The notes beneath the pieces were generated by a model. The model was not told the DNA's origin and did not search any database. It saw only the letters and a program-made list of their open reading frames with translations. The translations under genes were made by a program, and so were the position numbers. From positions 16,253,045 to 16,317,044 of the forward strand of contig NC_092680.1 of assembly GCF_964355755.1 (NCBI RefSeq): a stretch of 64,000 bases of DNA. The letters are read 5' to 3'. Positions within the stretch are counted from its first letter, which is position 1. Each line of letters begins with the position of its first letter. Shown piece after piece: positions 61,461 to 64,000 of this stretch. Origin of the DNA: Antedon mediterranea (Eukaryota; Animalia; Echinodermata).

Positions 61461-62077
61461 CAAAAAATACATAAATCAAGAGGCGCCTGGTTCTGTATTG
61501 CAGTGTCAATTTGTAATAGTAAAATTAGGTTTAGTTTTTTAGATAACTAATTATTTAAAAGTGTCTGTTAATTGTTTTCGTCATAATAATTCTTTTACTT
61601 TTGCCTAGTTATATTTGTATAAACAGTTACTGTAAATACAATAGTATGCATATTAACAGTTATGGTATAAGTGGTTGCATAAACAATTATACTGGTTCTA
61701 ATCTAATTTTCTGTTTGTTAACACTGGTTATTATATTTTTCCTATTGTAATTATGAAGAAAAAAATGTTGTTGTATTTATATTTCCGTCATGTTGTACGT
61801 AAGGAGTGGGGTGATTAGTGATTGGTTTTGTAGATTAAGAGTAATCAGGTACTGTATTTAAATTATATGTTGTACTTGTTATTTTTGGAGAAGAGGAGGG
61901 AGGGGAATGAATTGGTTTTATTACATGTTACCGTATGTAGTTTAAGTAAGATTACCTATGTTTTTTGTCTATTTTTGTGCTTTCTTATATATATTTTTTG
62001 TTAGACGCACCTTCAAAATGTGAAGTATGCCACTGTTACAAAAGTGAAGTTCCGAAATAATATATTATTATTATTAT

Positions 62078-62620
62078 TGAGCTTGTCCTTTGATTGTTGA
62101 GTTTGTCCGTTGATTGTTCGACTTGTCCTTTGATTGTGCGACTTTTCCTTTGATTGTTCGACTTGTCCTTTGATTGTTCGACTTGTCCTTTGATTGTGCG
62201 ACTTGTCCTTTGAATGATGAGCTTGTCTTTTGATTGTTCGACTTGTCCCTTGATTGTTCGACTTGTCCTTTGATTATTCGACTTGTCCTTTGATTGTTCG
62301 ACTTGTCCTTTGATTGTTCGACTTGTCCTTTGATTGTGCGACTTTTCCTTTGATTGTTCGACTTGTCTTTTGATTGTTCGACTTGTCCCTTGATTGTTCG
62401 ACTTGTCCTTTGATTATTCGACTTGTCCTTTGATTGTTCGACTTGTCCTTTGATTGTTCGACGACTTGTCCTTTGATTGTTCGACTTTTCCTTTGATTGT
62501 TCGACGACTTGTCCCTTGATTGTTCGACTTGTCCTTCGATTGTTCGACTTGTTCTTTGATTGTTCGACTTGTCATTTGATTGTTCGACTTGTTCTTTGAT
62601 TGTTCGACTTGTCATTTGAT
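62078..62620. repeat. 20 bp minisatellite (~27 copies) within a larger repeat element
   Basis: TTGATTGTTCGACTTGTCCT units. The adjoining sequence 62617-62712 is an inverted copy of ~60737-60840. Confidence 0.95.
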
Positions 62621-63069
62621 TTCCCAAATTGTCCATTGTTTTTTCCTTATTCTTTGTTTTTTAACTTAACTATTATTAGAATATGTTTTAGTTCTTTGTT
62701 TTCTATATTTGTTTTCGTTGATTTTTATTTTCCTTTGTAGTTCTTTAGTATGTTCGTTGATTTTTGAAAATGATCGTTGTTTTTTAGTTTGTTCGTTGAT
62801 TTTTTTAAAACGTTAGTTGTTTTTTACATAATTCTTTGTTTTACTATTATGGCCCTAATGGCCGTCCATAGATATGTCAAAAAACTAAGGAACGTTTTCA
62901 AAAATCAACGAACAAACTAAAAAAACAATGAAACGTTTTAAAGAATCAACGAACATAAACTCAAAAAACTACAAAGGAAAATAAAAATCCAGGAACAAAA
63001 TATAGAAAACGAAGAACTAAAACATATTCTAATAATAGTCAAGTTAAACAACAAAGAATAAGCAAAAAA

Positions 63070-63605
63070 CATTTTTGTTCAAGTATTTCTGTTTATTAAA
63101 CAACATTTTTTCATTCATTTTTATAGATACTAAACTTACCAGGCATAGTTTCATCAAGTATTCGCTTGGTCATTTTAGATTTGTATCCAAATGATCTGAA
63201 AGAGAAGATTTCTTAGGCACAAAACAGTGCTATTTCTATTTAGGAATTGTGCTCAAGAGTGATTGTATTTTTATTTTTTATGAGGCAATCTATTGAAATA
63301 AAGTTCCTATTTTTGTATTTTTAAAACTATTTATTGAACTTTGTAAACACAAGTTATACAATTTAGTTAGTTTACAAACAATTGAGACTGATAGAAAGAT
63401 ATTCCCCATCAGCCTAAGATGTTTTGTCTTAATGAATTTCCAGGCTTGAAACTAATGGAATAGAAAATATATTTTAAATTACAAAAGATGTACTGTATTG
63501 TACACCAAAAACATACAAATGAAGATTATTAAAATCAGACTTTGAATAGGCCATTTTGCAGTTTAAATAAAGTTATTCAATTCCGTAGTTAAAAATCCAC
63601 AAATA
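63070..63605 (+). repeat. Recent ~535 bp duplicate of 59111-59646, including a third SWEET1 last-exon copy (63127-63216)
   Basis: Near-identical sequence. The exon copy encodes ILNLPGIVSSSIRLVILDLYPNDLKEKIS* with an intact acceptor and stop. Confidence 0.9.
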
Positions 63606-64000
63606 CTAGAGGGTACTCCGAGAGTACAAACCTCCGCCTACTGTAAAATTCCCCAACATAAAATGCCCCCTGAATATTTTTTTTTTTACATTTTTTTTTA
63701 TTAGTTCTAAGTGTAAATATGTTAACTGCACACTACAAAGTTGTGGATGACAGTGTGTAATGGTTATGTGTCCAGCCTCTCACAGTTGAGATCGCTGGTT
63801 CAAGTCACACTGAGGGTTTTTTTTTTAATTATTTTTTTATTTATTTATTTTTTTTTTGTGGACATTGATCTTCCTTTAAAATTTAACCACAATTATATGA
63901 TGTGTCATTGATTATTGTGGCTAAGTTTGGTGAGAATCGGATCAAAACTGTGGTCTCTAGGCAGTAAAATAGTTTTTTGTTAGTTGTGACCTTGACCTAT
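63606..64000. mobile_element. Helentron-associated-like repeat, truncated by the window edge, with an internal degenerate tRNA-like segment
   Basis: ACTAGAGGGTACTC-CGA-GAGTAC hairpin followed by CCTCCGCC, a TGACCTTGACC motif, and a box-B-like GGTTCAAGTC at ~63797. Confidence 0.45.

Noticed and set aside
62274-62636. 120 aa repetitive ORF
   Set aside because: Artefact of the 20 bp minisatellite.

Overview
AT-rich, intron-rich metazoan genomic DNA, probably from a marine invertebrate (inferred from the repeat landscape, not determined). Five conserved genes can be spliced by hand: the 5' half of UPF1 (minus strand, 12 exons, runs off the left edge, includes a U12-type intron), GLD2/TENT2 (plus), HAX1-like (minus), PRCC (plus) and SWEET1/SLC50A1 (plus, three candidate terminal exons). 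There is also an orphan gene encoding about 514 aa of alternating basic and Ser/acidic repeats whose array decays past the stop codon. Introns and intergenic DNA carry many MITEs, SINE/LINE fragments and minisatellites. The main unexplained signal is a cluster of four paralogous, structured, ~175-250 nt putative Pol III non-coding RNA genes at 40.4, 42.2, 43.4 and 46.8 kb. They share an end-pairing stem with a bulged C, a T-run terminator, compensatory changes, a fixed-position upstream element and distal motifs, and I could not assign them to a known RNA class. A second signal is a recurrent TA->TAGGCCTA micro-insertion, with CTAG/AGGCCT tracts concentrated just inside gene 5' ends.
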